From contig OY253672.1 in assembly GCA_958009085.1 (NCBI GenBank), positions 1,550,001 through 1,614,000 of the forward strand: 64,000 nt of DNA, given 5' to 3'. The position numbers and the translations under genes are program-made. This DNA comes from Protoeuglena noctilucae. Lineage: Eukaryota. Under the pieces are notes generated by a model. The model did not search any database, was not told the DNA's origin, and saw nothing but the letters and a program-made list of their open reading frames with translations. Within the stretch, counting starts at the first letter, position 1. The number at the start of each line of letters is the position of its first letter. Shown here piece after piece: positions 27,414 to 39,432 of the stretch.

Positions 27414-28512
27414 ATGGCCCCGCAGGCGGCCAAGGCCGTCAAGGGTGGCACCAAGTCCTCGAAGACGTCCACCTCGACCACCAAGGGCTGGCTCGGGTCC
27501 GCGGAGACGGCGGTGGGCAACCTGGACAACTGGTACGGTGAGTCCCGTCCATCGAGGCGCGCTCCGACCGAGCTGCGGCGCGATGGCAGAGTCCCTATCC
27601 CTTCCCGATCCTGACGGGCTGCTTCCGCGCCCTCCCTGGCGTCGCCCTGCCAACCGCCCCACGCCCCCCCTCCCCCCAGGCCCCAACCGCAAGCTCTTCC
27701 TCCCCTCCGGCCTCCTCGACCGCACCGACGTGCCCTCGTACCTGACGGGCGAGCTCCCCGGCGACTACGGCTACGACCCCCTGGGCCTCGGCCAGGATCC
27801 CGCCCAGGTTCAGAAGTACCGGGCCAACGAGCTCCTGCACGCCCGCTGGGCCATGCTCGCCGCGGCCGGCATCATCATCCCCGAGGGCCTCGAGGCCAAC
27901 GGCGCCGACATCAAGGGCGGCACCTGGTTCGAGACGGGCGCCGTGCTCCTCAACGACAACCTCAACTACTTCGCCGTGCCCTGGGGCGTTATCTCGGTGA
28001 GAGGACGAGAGGGCAGGCAGGCGCAACGGACAGCCTCTTGCTCCCTGCCGTCCGCCCCACCCTGCGCGACATACTTGAGCGACCACCGACGCACCGCCCC
28101 ATGTGCCCTTGCCCCGCAGAACCCCCTCCCCCTGGTGGTGGTGATCGCCATCGAGGTTGGGCTGATGGGCGCCGTGGAGCGCTACCGCGCGTCCGGGGAG
28201 GGCCCCGCCAAGGGGTACGCCCCCGGCGTGGGTGAGTTCGACGAGTCGATCTTCCAGGGCATGGACCCCCTGTACCCCGGCGGCCCCTTCGACCCCCTGG
28301 GCCTGTCGAACGACCCCGAGGTGTTCGCCGAGATGAAGGTGAAGGAGATCAAGAACGGCCGCCTGGCCATGGTGTCTGTGCTGGGGTTTGCCATCCAGGG
28401 CTTGGTCACGGGGGAGGGGCCCTATGCCAACTGGTCCAAGCACGTCGCGGACCCCTTCGGCTACAACCTCCTCACCGTCATCGGCAACACGGAGCGCATC
28501 CCCACCCTCTGA
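27414..28512 (+). CDS. LHCB5: Minor PSII antenna chlorophyll a/b-binding protein CP26 (5' end unresolved)
   Basis: [63 protein letters not shown] and [22 protein letters not shown] are diagnostic of Lhcb5. Introns at about 27538-27679 and 27997-28119. Confidence 0.95.
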
Positions 28513-28719
28513 GCCGCCTGCCCCGCGCGACGACGCCGGGGGCGCACGCCCCGGCACCCTCCTTTGCCTCCCCCTAGACCCCCTCGCCCTTCCCCCCTAG
28601 AGACTCGTTCGACGGTGCCGCGGGCCACGTTGAAAGCAGGAAACCCAACAGCAACCGAGACGACACTAGACGACGCGCCAGGCAAGCGAGCCATACGCAG
28701 CGCAACACCCTACCCCGTG

Positions 28720-29950
28720 TCACCAGCCACCCCCTCCCTCGCTGCTCTCGTCTTCTGACTCGCCGCTCGTGTCCAGGCTCCCCTCCAGCGTCTCTTTCAC
28801 GGGCTCCTTGCCCTTGTCTAACCCCTTTCGACCCCCTTGCTGCCCCTTGCCGCCCTTGCCGCCCTCCCCCGCCCCCTCCCGGTCCCAGTCCCGCATGCCC
28901 TTCCCCGCCGTCGGACCCACCCCCTCCCCCCGCAGCACCGACCACCCCGCCCCCTCCCCCTCCTCCTGCCCCCCTTTCTCCCCTTTCTTTCCCGCATCCC
29001 CCTGCTCCACCCCGAGCGCCCCCAGCAGCGACGCCTTGTTCCTCGCGGCAGCCCCCCGCGCCCCCCTCGCCGCCGCCTCCTCTTTCCCCTTCTGCGCCTG
29101 CGCTACCGCGTTGAACAGCCGCACCACACCCCTTGTGGCCAGGCGCGCCAAAGCACGCTCGGACGCGTCCACCACGGGGTCTTCCCCGCGACGGGGGACG
29201 GGGCGGTGGCCGCGCCGGCGCATCTCCGCGCGCGCCTGCCGCTGTGCCCTCTCCCGCGCCTCCCGCTCCCCCTCCTCCTCCTTGCGCCGGCGGATGGCCC
29301 CAGACCCCGCCAGCACCGCCGACGCCGCACGCGACCCCCGCTCCTCCGCCGTCCGCGCCACGCCCAGCCGGCGGTCCGCCTCCTCCATCGCCCGCGCGAA
29401 CGCACGCGCAAACGACTCCCCTTTCGCCCCTGTCAGGAACGCCGCAGGTGGGCCGCGTCCCTCGCCCTCCTCGGCCTCACTGCCGCTCTCCCCTCCCGGC
29501 CCGGCTCCCGCGTCCTCGCCACCGTCGGAGCCCTGCGGACACCGGCGCACATCTCACGTCCGCCATTGCGACGTCACGCGGCGACGTGCGCGGCAGGCCA
29601 GGGGGCCACGGCACTCGCCCCGAGCCGCGCCCCGCCTGCCCGGCTCCCGGCAACCGTGACTCACCCAGTCCTCCTCGGAGCCTCCTCCGCCAAACTCGTC
29701 GTCTTCATCATCGCCACCAGCGTCGCCCGGCGCGTCGCCGCTCTGCAGCCGAGACCTGGCGGCCTTGCCGTCGCGCAAGCCTCGTCCCCAGGCGACACGC
29801 GCAGGCTTTCCTGCCCCGCTTGCCCTCAAACACAGAGGCAATTTCGACATCCCTCACCTTCATGGCGCGCAGCTGCGCGTCCAGGTCCTCCTCGATGCGC
29901 CGCAGCCGCTTGGCGTGCGGCGACTCCTTGACCTTCTCCCTGCCGCCCAT
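28720..29950 (-). CDS. RRP15: RRP15-like ribosome biogenesis protein (3 exons)
   Basis: ERALARLATRGVVRLFNAVAQAQK and the downstream WSVLR match the Rrp15p domain. Acidic N- and C-terminal tracts; ATG at 29950. Confidence 0.85.
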
Positions 29951-30404
29951 CCTCCAGCGCGGGACTCACGACGGCGAGACGATATTTCCACGACTACCTC
30001 TCGGTAACTTGCTCGCCGGTATAAGCTCTCGCTGGGCCGGTACATGCACGTAAAGGGTCTGCCGGCAGGCGACGCGTCTTGAGCGGGGCCGCACTGAGAG
30101 ACGCGAGAGGTTCTACGAGGCTACTTGCGATCGTTGTCTGCCTGGTGCAGCTCCAGGGCCGGCAGAGCAGACGGCGTGCCGAGCACAGCCAGAGACACTG
30201 GCGTGCCGGAGCGCAGGGAAGGTGAGGATGCCCGCTCGGCCGCACACCAGCAGACGTCTTCGTGCTGAGTTTCTGCACGTGCTTCTGGCGGCGTCGCTCT
30301 AGCATCGCATCAATTCCGACCCGACCTTGAACAGCACTCGGGCGCAGCGCTTTCACGCGTTCGCACGCGGTGGGGGACGGCGCGGGTGAAACAAGGGAGC
30401 CATC

Positions 30405-30990
30405 ATGTTGAAGGGCTGCCTCAATTTCTACTGCGGCCCCTGCTGTGAGTGCTCCTGCTGTTAGGGCAGGGTCCGCCGCGGTGATGCGGCCCGGAACGGC
30501 CGCAGCTTGGCTCGTTCGCGGTCCCGAAGCTCGCGTTGTGGCTGCCGTCACCTCGCAATTGCGTCCCGCCCCTCGCAGATGTCGTGTGGTGCGCGATGAG
30601 CTCCTTCATGTGCATGCTTTGGATGCTTGTCATGGGGAGCCTCATCGCGCGGGACTATCCGTACGTCGGGGAGTGGTATACTCTGGGGGAGGATGTTCCG
30701 TCCTTCGGGGTGCGTTCCCGGCCAAGCCCCGTGCGCGCGCCGGCTTTCTGCCCCGCGCACTGCGCCGCCCGTTCCACCCGCCCGATGCCTCCCGCCGGTG
30801 TACCGGCGCGCTCGGCGCCCCGTCCACCCGCTCTCTTCGGAGACTCATCCCTGTTACCGGGCTCTCGCGCCCGCAGGAGCAGAAGGCGGCCGCGTCGCAC
30901 ACGGCCTTCTCGACCGCGGGCATCTACGCGGCCTTCCTGGCCCTCTCTCTGCTCGGCATCGGCTTCAACAAGTTCTACGGGCGACTGTGA
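30405..30990 (+). CDS. Small two-TM protein, RNASEK / V-ATPase subunit f-like (3 exons, about 94 aa)
   Basis: Spliced product MLKGCLNFYCGPCYVVWCAMSSFMCMLWMLVMGSLIARDYPYVGEW...EQKAAASHTAFSTAGIYAAFLALSLLGIGFNKFYGRL*. The CGP motif, two TM helices and A.IY pattern fit the RNASEK family. Confidence 0.6.
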
Positions 30991-31175
30991 AAGCACGGCG
31001 ATCCGATGACGGCGAGCAGGGAGCCTGCCGGCGAAGGCTGGAAGGGGCCGCTTCGCTTGGGGCCGCGCGGGCTGTTGCAATGCGAGACGGCACAAGACGG
31101 GCGATGCGGGTTGGAGCGACCCTTGCGCTTGCTTCGGCCGCAGTCCGCGCCATAGCCTCGTCTCCCCGCATCGCG

Positions 31176-32005
31176 CTAGCCCTGGTTAGTCGCCTGCCCC
31201 ACTCGGAACGCCTCCATTTCATCGGCGACCCACTTCTCGAAACCACCCAGTTCGCTCGGCGTCGCCTGCCGGTACACTTCCGTGGCGTGGATGAGGCCGT
31301 CCGCGCCCACTTGACACACCGACACGCCCCGCGCCCGGAAGGGCAGGGTCGGCTTGCCCGACCCCGCCAGCGCGGGCGACGGTGTCCCCGCCATCTCCCA
31401 CTGCGTGAACACCCGGTCCCCGCCGACCCCCGTCGCCGTCACCTCGAATCGCAGGTCGGGATAGCTGCTGCGGAAGGCCGCAATGCCCCGGGCCATTCGG
31501 TCCCTGCCCACCGCCTCTGCCCCGTGGCCCCAGACCCGGTCCCGCTGCACGTGGTCAGGGGCCATGACCTCCGGGAGCGCCTCCAGCTGGCCTTGGCTCC
31601 AAACCTCCTGCAACGCGGGCACGGGTCGTCTCACAGGCACTGGGAAATGCGTTGGGGCAAGTTGGAACTGGGACGCAGAAGCCGCGACGGGACTCAGCAA
31701 AAGCGCGATGCGCATATTCGACTGACCTCGTAAAGCCGGCGGACGACCGCCTCTCGCGGGTCTCCGTGCGAGTGCAGCGCAAAGCATAGCCGGCATCTGC
31801 AACCAGGGGCGGGCGTTGTGCGCGTCGCTTGTGGTCCAATGAAAGCGATTGATATCGGAATGGGTCCGTGTCAACGCCTTTTGCTGCATTGGATCGGCTG
31901 CCGCAATGACGCCGCCCACCCGGGACCGGGGCCGTTGCGGAAGTGTTGCGTCCCGTGCCATGTCCTCAGCGGACGGCGCGTGCCCTGTGCAACAGCGCAC
32001 GCCAT
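31176..32005 (-). CDS. SnoaL-like/NTF2-fold ester cyclase family protein with putative organellar transit peptide (3 exons)
   Basis: Spliced EAVVRRLYE|EVWSQGQLEALPEVMAPDHV...AFRSSYPDLRFEV...GDRVFTQWEMAGT...GVSV is a typical SnoaL pattern. ATG at 32005. Confidence 0.8.
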
Positions 32006-32222
32006 TTCAAACGCGCGACGCTACTCTGCGACTCAGAACAACTCCCTTGCTCCAGCGCGCGTATGGCTTGGAACCCAACAGCACGTCACGCCCACACCGC
32101 CGATTTAACGCACGGCGCGGCGACTCCGCCGCGCAATCAGCAAGCTAGCAAAAACAACGCTTCGTTCAATCCGTCATTCCGACGATTGAGACGCACGCCT
32201 CGCAAGCCTGGCAGCGCCGCTG

Positions 32223-35200
32223 TCAGCTCTTCGCGTCCGCTGCCCCCTCCTGCTCCTTCCCCGTCGCCTCGACCCCCGGGAACGCCGCCTTGAGAACGTC
32301 CCTGTAATGCGACACGAATTGCACGTCCAGCCCCTCCCGGACCTCCGCGGGCGCCTCCTCGACGTCCCCCCGGTTGCCCTCGGGCAGTAGCACCGTCCGC
32401 AGCCCCGCCCGCAGCGCCCCCATGAGTTTCTCCTTAATTCCTCCAACCGGCAGCACCTGTCCCGTGATGGTCACCTCCCCCGTCATGGCCAGCCCCGGCG
32501 CCACCCTCTGCCCCAACGCGAGGGACATGAGGGCTGTCACGTACGCGCAACCGGCGGAGGGGCCGTCCTTGGGGATGGCACCCTCAGGGACGTGCACGTG
32601 AACCTGTGAGTCAAAAACAGAGAGACGACCCGTCGGCTCCCTGCAGAGTGCTTAGCAACCCGCACCTGCCACCCTCCCACGACGCGCATCACATGTTAAC
32701 TTGGCGCCCCTGTCCAGCACCCCTGTGCTGCACCCAAGCCAAACGTACACAGTAACGTCCAGTCAACCCCCCTCCCCTCACCTGCGCGTCCTTGAAGAAG
32801 GTGTCCCCCGGCCTGACCTCCTGCAGCAGTGCTCGCGCATACACGTGCGCAATCGACGCGCTCTCTTTCATCACGTCCCCCAGCTGCCCCGTAGTGGTCA
32901 GCGACCCCTGACTGGGACCCCCCTCCACGCGGCAGGCCTCCAGGTACATCACCGTGCCACCATATGCCGTATACCCCAGCCCCTGCACCACGCCCACGGG
33001 AGGCGCGCCCCCAAACAGCCGATCGCTGGGGAAGCGCTTCACCCCCACGTAACCCCGCAGGTCCCCCGCGTCCACCACCACCTCCCCTCTCCTCCCCATC
33101 AGCTTGTCCCACGACAGCTCCCGATAGGTACCCCTATCGGCCTCAACACCCCGAACGTGCTCCAGCGCCACCCTCCGCATCACACGCTCCACGTGCTGCT
33201 GCAGGGACCGCACCCCCGCCTCGCGGCAGTAATCGGAAACCAGAGCGTCGATCGCCGCTCCCGTCACGCGCACCGGCACCCCCGCAAGCCCCGCCTCCCG
33301 CACCGCCCTTGGCAGCAGGTGCGTGCGCGCGATGGCCGCCTTCTCTCTGTCCAGATACCCCGACAGCCGCACGACCTCCATGCGGTCGAGCAGCGGCGGC
33401 GGGATGCTCTCAATCACGTTCGCCGTGCACATGAACAGCACCTTGGATAGATCCAAAGGGACGTCCAAGTAATGGTCGAGGAATCCCGCGTTTTGCTCCG
33501 GGTCCAAGACCTCCAGCAGGGCACTCGCGGGGTCGCCCCGCATCGTGGCGCCCATCTTGTCGATCTCGTCAATGACGATAAGAGGGTTCAGCACCCCCAC
33601 CTTCTTGAGAGCCTGCGCCACCTTGCCGGGACCGGCCGCCACGAACGTGCGACGGTGTCCCTTGATCTCCGAAACGTCGTCAAGGCCACCGACGGAGAAT
33701 CGGAAGTAAGGGCGACCCATGGCTTTGGCCACCGAGTGGCAGATGGACGTCTTGCCCACGCCGGGTGGGCCCACCAGGCATAGCACGTTGCCTGGGGGAG
33801 TAGGGAGGGGAGGAGAGGGGGTGTGCGGAGTGATGGAGATGGGGAGAGATGGGGAGAGGGGAGATGGCGCGGGTGGATGCATGTTTGACGACAAGAGCGG
33901 CAGCAGCCGGCATGCTTGTGCCCTCACTCCTCACCCGATGGGCTCTGCTCTGCCGGAGAACCTCACAGTGCCTCACCCACTCATGCACTCACCCACTCCG
34001 TCACTCGCCCACTCCGTCACTCTCACTCACCCACTCACCCACTCCTTCACTCCCTCATTCCCCCCTTCCCCCACTCACCCGATGGGCTCTGCCTGAGTGC
34101 CTCGCCCAATCCTTCACTCATCCACTCATTCCCTCACTCATGAACACTCACCCGACGGGCTCTGCCTCAGCGCCGTGACGGCGATGAACTCGAGGACCCT
34201 CTGCTTCACGTCTGCCAGGCCGTAGTGGTCGTCATCCAGTATGGCCTGGGCCCTGGGAGAGATTAGAGGGGGATGGAGTATGTGAGATGGGTGAGATGGG
34301 TGGGATGGGTGTGGCGGGTGAGATGTGAGATGTTCCTGCCGCAGTGACACACTGCGCTTTGCATACTACTCCATCTGATACCACTCTGATACCACTCCAT
34401 CTGACAATCAATGCATCCACCATCCACCATCCACCAGTTCACCACCCCCCTCCCCCCCCTTATCGCTCTCGCCTCTTCAGGTCGTATGACTCTGGCACCG
34501 CCTGCTTCCACGGCATGCTCAGCAGCCAGTCCAGGTACGTCAGCGTGGTGCTGAAGTCGCCCGACTGCATCTCGGGGGAACGCACGCGCGCCAGCTCCTC
34601 CTCTACTACCTATGGGGGAGGGCAGGGGGGAGGGGGGGGGGATGAGATGTGAGATGTGATGAACGCACGCGCGCCAGCTCCTCCTGTACTACCTGGGGGG
34701 GGGGGAGAGTGAGATGGGGAGTGTTTGTGTGATGAGGGGCATGGGGGGTGTGAGAGTGAGATGGGGCGTGTTGTGTGATTAGGGGTAAGGGGGGTGAGAG
34801 TGATGTGGGTGGTGGCGCATGTCTAGCCGGTGCCGTGGGTCATCCCCCACCGCTCCCACGTCACCACCTCCCCATCACCTTGGCTACCTCTGCATTCCGC
34901 GCCCCCTTGCACAACACCCATGCATACCACCCCATATCTCACACCCCCCCATATCTCTCCCCCTTCTCACCTTTGCCGCCTCTGCGCTCAGCGCCCCCCT
35001 CCTCTCCTCCAGTCTGTCCACCAGTTTGCGCACGGCCGGGTGCAATGAGTCCTTGTCCTCGTATCCCAGCTGATTCTGAATCGACTTGAGCTGCTCCCGG
35101 AGTATCACTCTGGGGGGGTAAGGGGGGGTGAGGGGGGTGGTGAGGGTGGCAGTGAGGGTGGTGACATGGGTGGCAGTGAGGGTGGCAGTGAGGGTGGCAG

Positions 35201-38121
35201 TGGGGGTGGCAGTGAGGGTGGCAGTGGGGGTGGCGGTGAGGGTGGTGATATGGGTGGCAGTGGGGGTGGCAGTGAGAGCACGCACAGTGCCACCCGCTGT
35301 CTCCCCCCTCCACTTGCGCTGGTGTTTGCCTATGCTTCACCCCCCTCCCTTGCGCTGGTGTCTGCATACACACTCTGCCACTCACTTGCGCTGGTGTTCG
35401 AATATCCTCTCGGCCATGTCCCTCCGGACGTCCAGCAGCGCCGTGAGTGCTGCGTTCTCCTTCACCAGCATCTCCAGCACCAGGCGCAGGCGGGACACCA
35501 AGTCACGCTCCTCCAACACGCGCTGGGGGGAGGGGGATGAGAGAGTGGTGGTACAGGGTATGGTATGTGAGAGAGTCCTGACGAGCGAGTCTCAGTTGTG
35601 CATGCAACCACAAGCACCCCCCATCACGCAACCAACCCCACACTGCCACCCGCACACATTGCCACCCAGCCACGCCACCCAACCACTCCCACACCTATCA
35701 CCACACCTGCATGTCCGCAGCCTTGGTTTCCATGGCCAGCACCGCGGGTGCCAGCCACGACAGGTCCTGGGGCCTGGACAGATCGCCCCACATCGCCGCC
35801 GCCTGCAGCGCGTTGCTGTAATGGGGCCTGCCCCGTCGCAGTGCGTCCAGCTGCGACGTCACTTCGGCTGACAGAGCCGTGACCAGTCGCGATTGCCCCT
35901 CCGCGGGGCGGTCGGGGAGCCGCATGGCGTCGCAGCGGAGGGGAGAGGATGTGCCGCAACGCACACGCTTGACCCTGCGTGAGGGTAGGGGGGTGGGTGG
36001 TGACTGTGACTGTGTTGTCGAGATACTCGATTAGTAATGACTACTGCCAGTTGTGATGATGCTCGAGCATCTAACTGTGTGAAGATGACTGTCTGATCTC
36101 ATTGGTCACACTCATACACCCGTGCGCACCCACCCCCCCTCCAACCACTCCCTCACCTCTCCAGCCCCTTCACCAGCAGCAGCCACGACCCCTTAGGTGT
36201 CGGCACCACCGCCTGCACCTCGCACAGCGTCCCCATCTCTGCCAAATGATCGCACCCGCCCACCGCTGCCCCCTCCCCCTCCCCACTCGCACCCTCCCCC
36301 TCCCCCTCTCCCTCCACCCTCGCAGGCACCTCCGCTGACACCACCACAGGCACGGATGGCGATGCTAACAGGCTCTCAGCCGCTGCGTTGTGGGCGGACA
36401 GCATGCCGCGAATGGCGTCCAATCGATTCGACCCATCTCCCCCATTCGTGCTTTGTAATGTGTCCCCCTGCTGCCCCTGCTGCCCCAGCACATTGCCGAG
36501 GATGAAGAGTCGCGCCCCGCCCTCGTGCACCACCACGCGATCGCCGGGGAGGTGGATCTGAGGAGAGGGGGGGAGGGGAGGGGTGAGGTGGGGTGGGGTG
36601 GCACAGCTGTGATGGTGTGGGTGTGGCTGGAGATGAGATGGGTAATAGCAATAACATTGGCATGCCGCTCAATCAGTGCATCTCTCTGCCGATACCGGCA
36701 GCATCCGTGCACTCGTCACACTCCCACTTGCACCACGCACGCACCTCTTCTCTCCACATCACGCACTCACCACCCTTTCCCCACCCCACATCTTATCTTA
36801 TCTCATCCCATCCCATCCCATCCCATCACATATCGCATCCCACATCACATATCGCATATCAATCACTCGCCTCGTTCCCCGACTGTGCCGCTGCGTCGAA
36901 TTCCTCTTCGGTCGCAGAGAGGAACTCCACGGGGGGGGAGCCAGGCTGGCGGGACACGGTGGGACTGGGGGGAGAGATAGGGAGGGAGATGTGAGAGAGA
37001 TGAGTGAGAGAGATGAGAGGAGAGAGAGAGAGAGAGAGGGCTTTTGCAGGTGGGTGGGTGGGATGTGAGATGGGAGGGAGTGGTGGCTGCGTGGGACACA
37101 CGACCCACCTCCACACACCCCCCTCAACTCTCTGCCATAACCCACTCATGCACACCGCAAGCCATCTCCATACTTAACCCCCTTATCCATTTAATCCTCT
37201 CACCTGGGCAGTGCGGCTGCCCCCCTCGCCTCCTCCGCCTGCCCCGCCCCCGCCCACCCCCCCGCCCCCGCACTCAGCACGCCCTCATCCAACACATCGC
37301 CATCGCTGGCCGGGGTGGGGGTGCCCTGGCCGGGGCGACTGCAGAAGACGAGCAGCGCCGGGCGAGCGCCGGGCTTGTCTGCGGGGCAGCAAAGGGTATG
37401 GGGAGTGTTGCATGGGCACAAGAGATCACGACATCATCTCTGGACGTGAGGTGACATGGGCAGGTGACGATGCAATTAACAGGTCTGGTATATAAATGCA
37501 AATGAACATGTTCACAACTTCTCCCCTATGTTCCCCGCTCTCTCACCCCCCATCAGCTGCAGTTGCTCCCTCAGCATGTTGGTGACCAGCAGAGAGGGGC
37601 TGGTGACCTGCGCCACGTTCTTCAGCAAAACGGGCCGGGGGGACTCCAACGTCAGCATCCCGCGCAACAGACCGCGGCGGCGGGGGACGGAGGGCGCGGG
37701 GGGGTCTCCGGAAGGGGCCGGGACGGCGGCCCAGCCCTGCATCGCTGAGACCTTGCGCTCATGCCTGCGGGGCAGGACACACGGGGCGCTCGCGAGCCGC
37801 GGCGCGACGGTCGCGACTGCGGGGGTTTCCGCGGATAAACGCGCGGCTGAGAACGGCGCGAGAGGAGGCGCGCGCTCGCCTGTCGCGCTTGGTGCGGGGC
37901 TTCCGGTGCCGGCGCGTCGCCCGCCCCTCCGGCTCCTCCTTCGCCCCGCTCGACCTCCCCCGCAGCTGTCGCCGGCCCAGAAGACCTTCGCACGCGTGCC
38001 GCGCGGGGCCCGGCAGCCCGCTCCGGGCGTCCAGCGCGACCAGGCACGTCGCCGCGTGCCGTGGGCCCGTCATCCAGGCCACCCCCTGCAGGATGGCTCT
38101 CGCCAGGGTCCGCGACGACAT
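32223..38121 (-). CDS. LON: ATP-dependent Lon protease, probably mitochondrial (multi-exon)
   Basis: Walker [35 protein letters not shown]; catalytic PKDGPSAG and [25 protein letters not shown]. Arg-rich presequence-like start at ATG 38121. Confidence 0.93.
35120..35276 (+). repeat. About 12-bp minisatellite (GGGTGGCAGTGA/G)n in a Lon intron
   Basis: Visible tandem units with GTGACAT/GTGATAT variants. Confidence 0.9.
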
Positions 38122-38287
38122 CTCTGACCTTCTGACAGCCACGCCCGTCGCGCGCAGGGGCCCGCGAAACGCGCGGCGAGCGCGCGGGCCCAGCGTGTCC
38201 GCTGAGTGGCCACTCCCTCGGCCTGGGCCAGCAGCGATGCGCCGTGGCCCGTGGCGCCAATCGCAAGCACTACAGGGGGGTGCAAAA

Positions 38288-39037
38288 ATGCTATCTTCCA
38301 ATCTCTCCTCCCGTGTCCCTGCTCTCGGGCGACAAGCGACCGTCTGCAGGACAGACGGGGATCCACAAACCCAATGCGCACGCACCACCGTGTGAGTGAC
38401 GACGTTTCTGAGCTCGCGCTGTCGACGATGCCTTGNNNNNNNNNNNNNNNNNNNNNNNNNNNNNNNNNNNNNNNNNNNNNNNNNNNNNNNNNNNNNNNNN
38501 NNNNNNNNNNNNNNNNNNNNNNNNNNNNNNNNNNNNNNNNNNNNNNNNNNNNNNNNNNNNNNNNNNNNNNNNNNNNNNNNNNNNNNNNNNNNNNNNNNNN
38601 NNNNNNNNNNNNNNNNNNNNNNNNNNNNNNNNNNNGTGTGTCTCTCTCAACCCCTCTCCCATCCTCCCCCCACCCATGCATCTCCCATATCTCACAATTC
38701 CCCCGCCCCCATTCTCCCACAGCTAGAGTCCGAATTTCGCGACGCCCGCGCCCGACTGGAGTCGGTATTGATGCGAATGGACGCAGAGCACCGGCTGATG
38801 GGAGAGGTGCTGGCCAGGAGAGGCGACGCCTATTTGAAACTGGCGGGGGGGTCGCAGAACGCAGATGCGACGAATGGGCTGAGGCCAGCGACGGAGGGGG
38901 GCAGGGGGGCGGGGCTGGGGTGTGTCGCGGCTGCCGCCGGGCGCGGGCGTGGGGACGTGTTTGGGCAGTCGGGGCTGGGGGGGTGGTTCGCGCGGCTTAG
39001 GAGGCCTGAGTCGGCGCACCCGGTGATTGGGGGGTGA
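38288..39037 (+). CDS. Unknown protein interrupted by the assembly gap, divergent from Lon
   Basis: ATG 38288 starts MLSSNLSSRVPALGRQATVCR (transit-peptide-like), followed by a GTGAG donor near 38392. After the gap a CAG acceptor (38721) opens LESEFRDARARLESVLMRMDAEH...PVIGG* (TGA 39037). Linking the two parts is inference. Confidence 0.45.
38436..38635. other. Assembly gap (200 N)
   Basis: Run of N. Confidence 1.
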
Positions 39038-39432
39038 TTGGGGGGGTGGGGGGGGTGCTTGTGGGGTGGGGAGATGGGGGATGATGGGAGGGGGTGTGGG
39101 TGCAGGTTGGTAGGGTGGGTGGTGGTCGGTGCTGGTGGGGTAGAGGGGAAGGGGGTGGTGGGGTTGTTGCACTGGTCGGCGCTTGGTGCTTGGGGTAGCG
39201 TTGCGAGTGGCGCGTCGCTTGCCATTGCGAGTGTTGCACGGATCATGAGTTGGCGTGGCTAGTGCCGCACAATGCGCATGTGTGTGTTCAAAGCACGAAC
39301 CGGAAGCTATGCAGCGACATGTACTAAATGTCTTAGCCGCAGCCACGTGCGTGTCTTGCAACCCTATCCCCTCCATATCTCTCCATCCCCTCTCATCCCC
39401 ACCCTGTCCCCCCCACCTCACCCCCCATCTCC

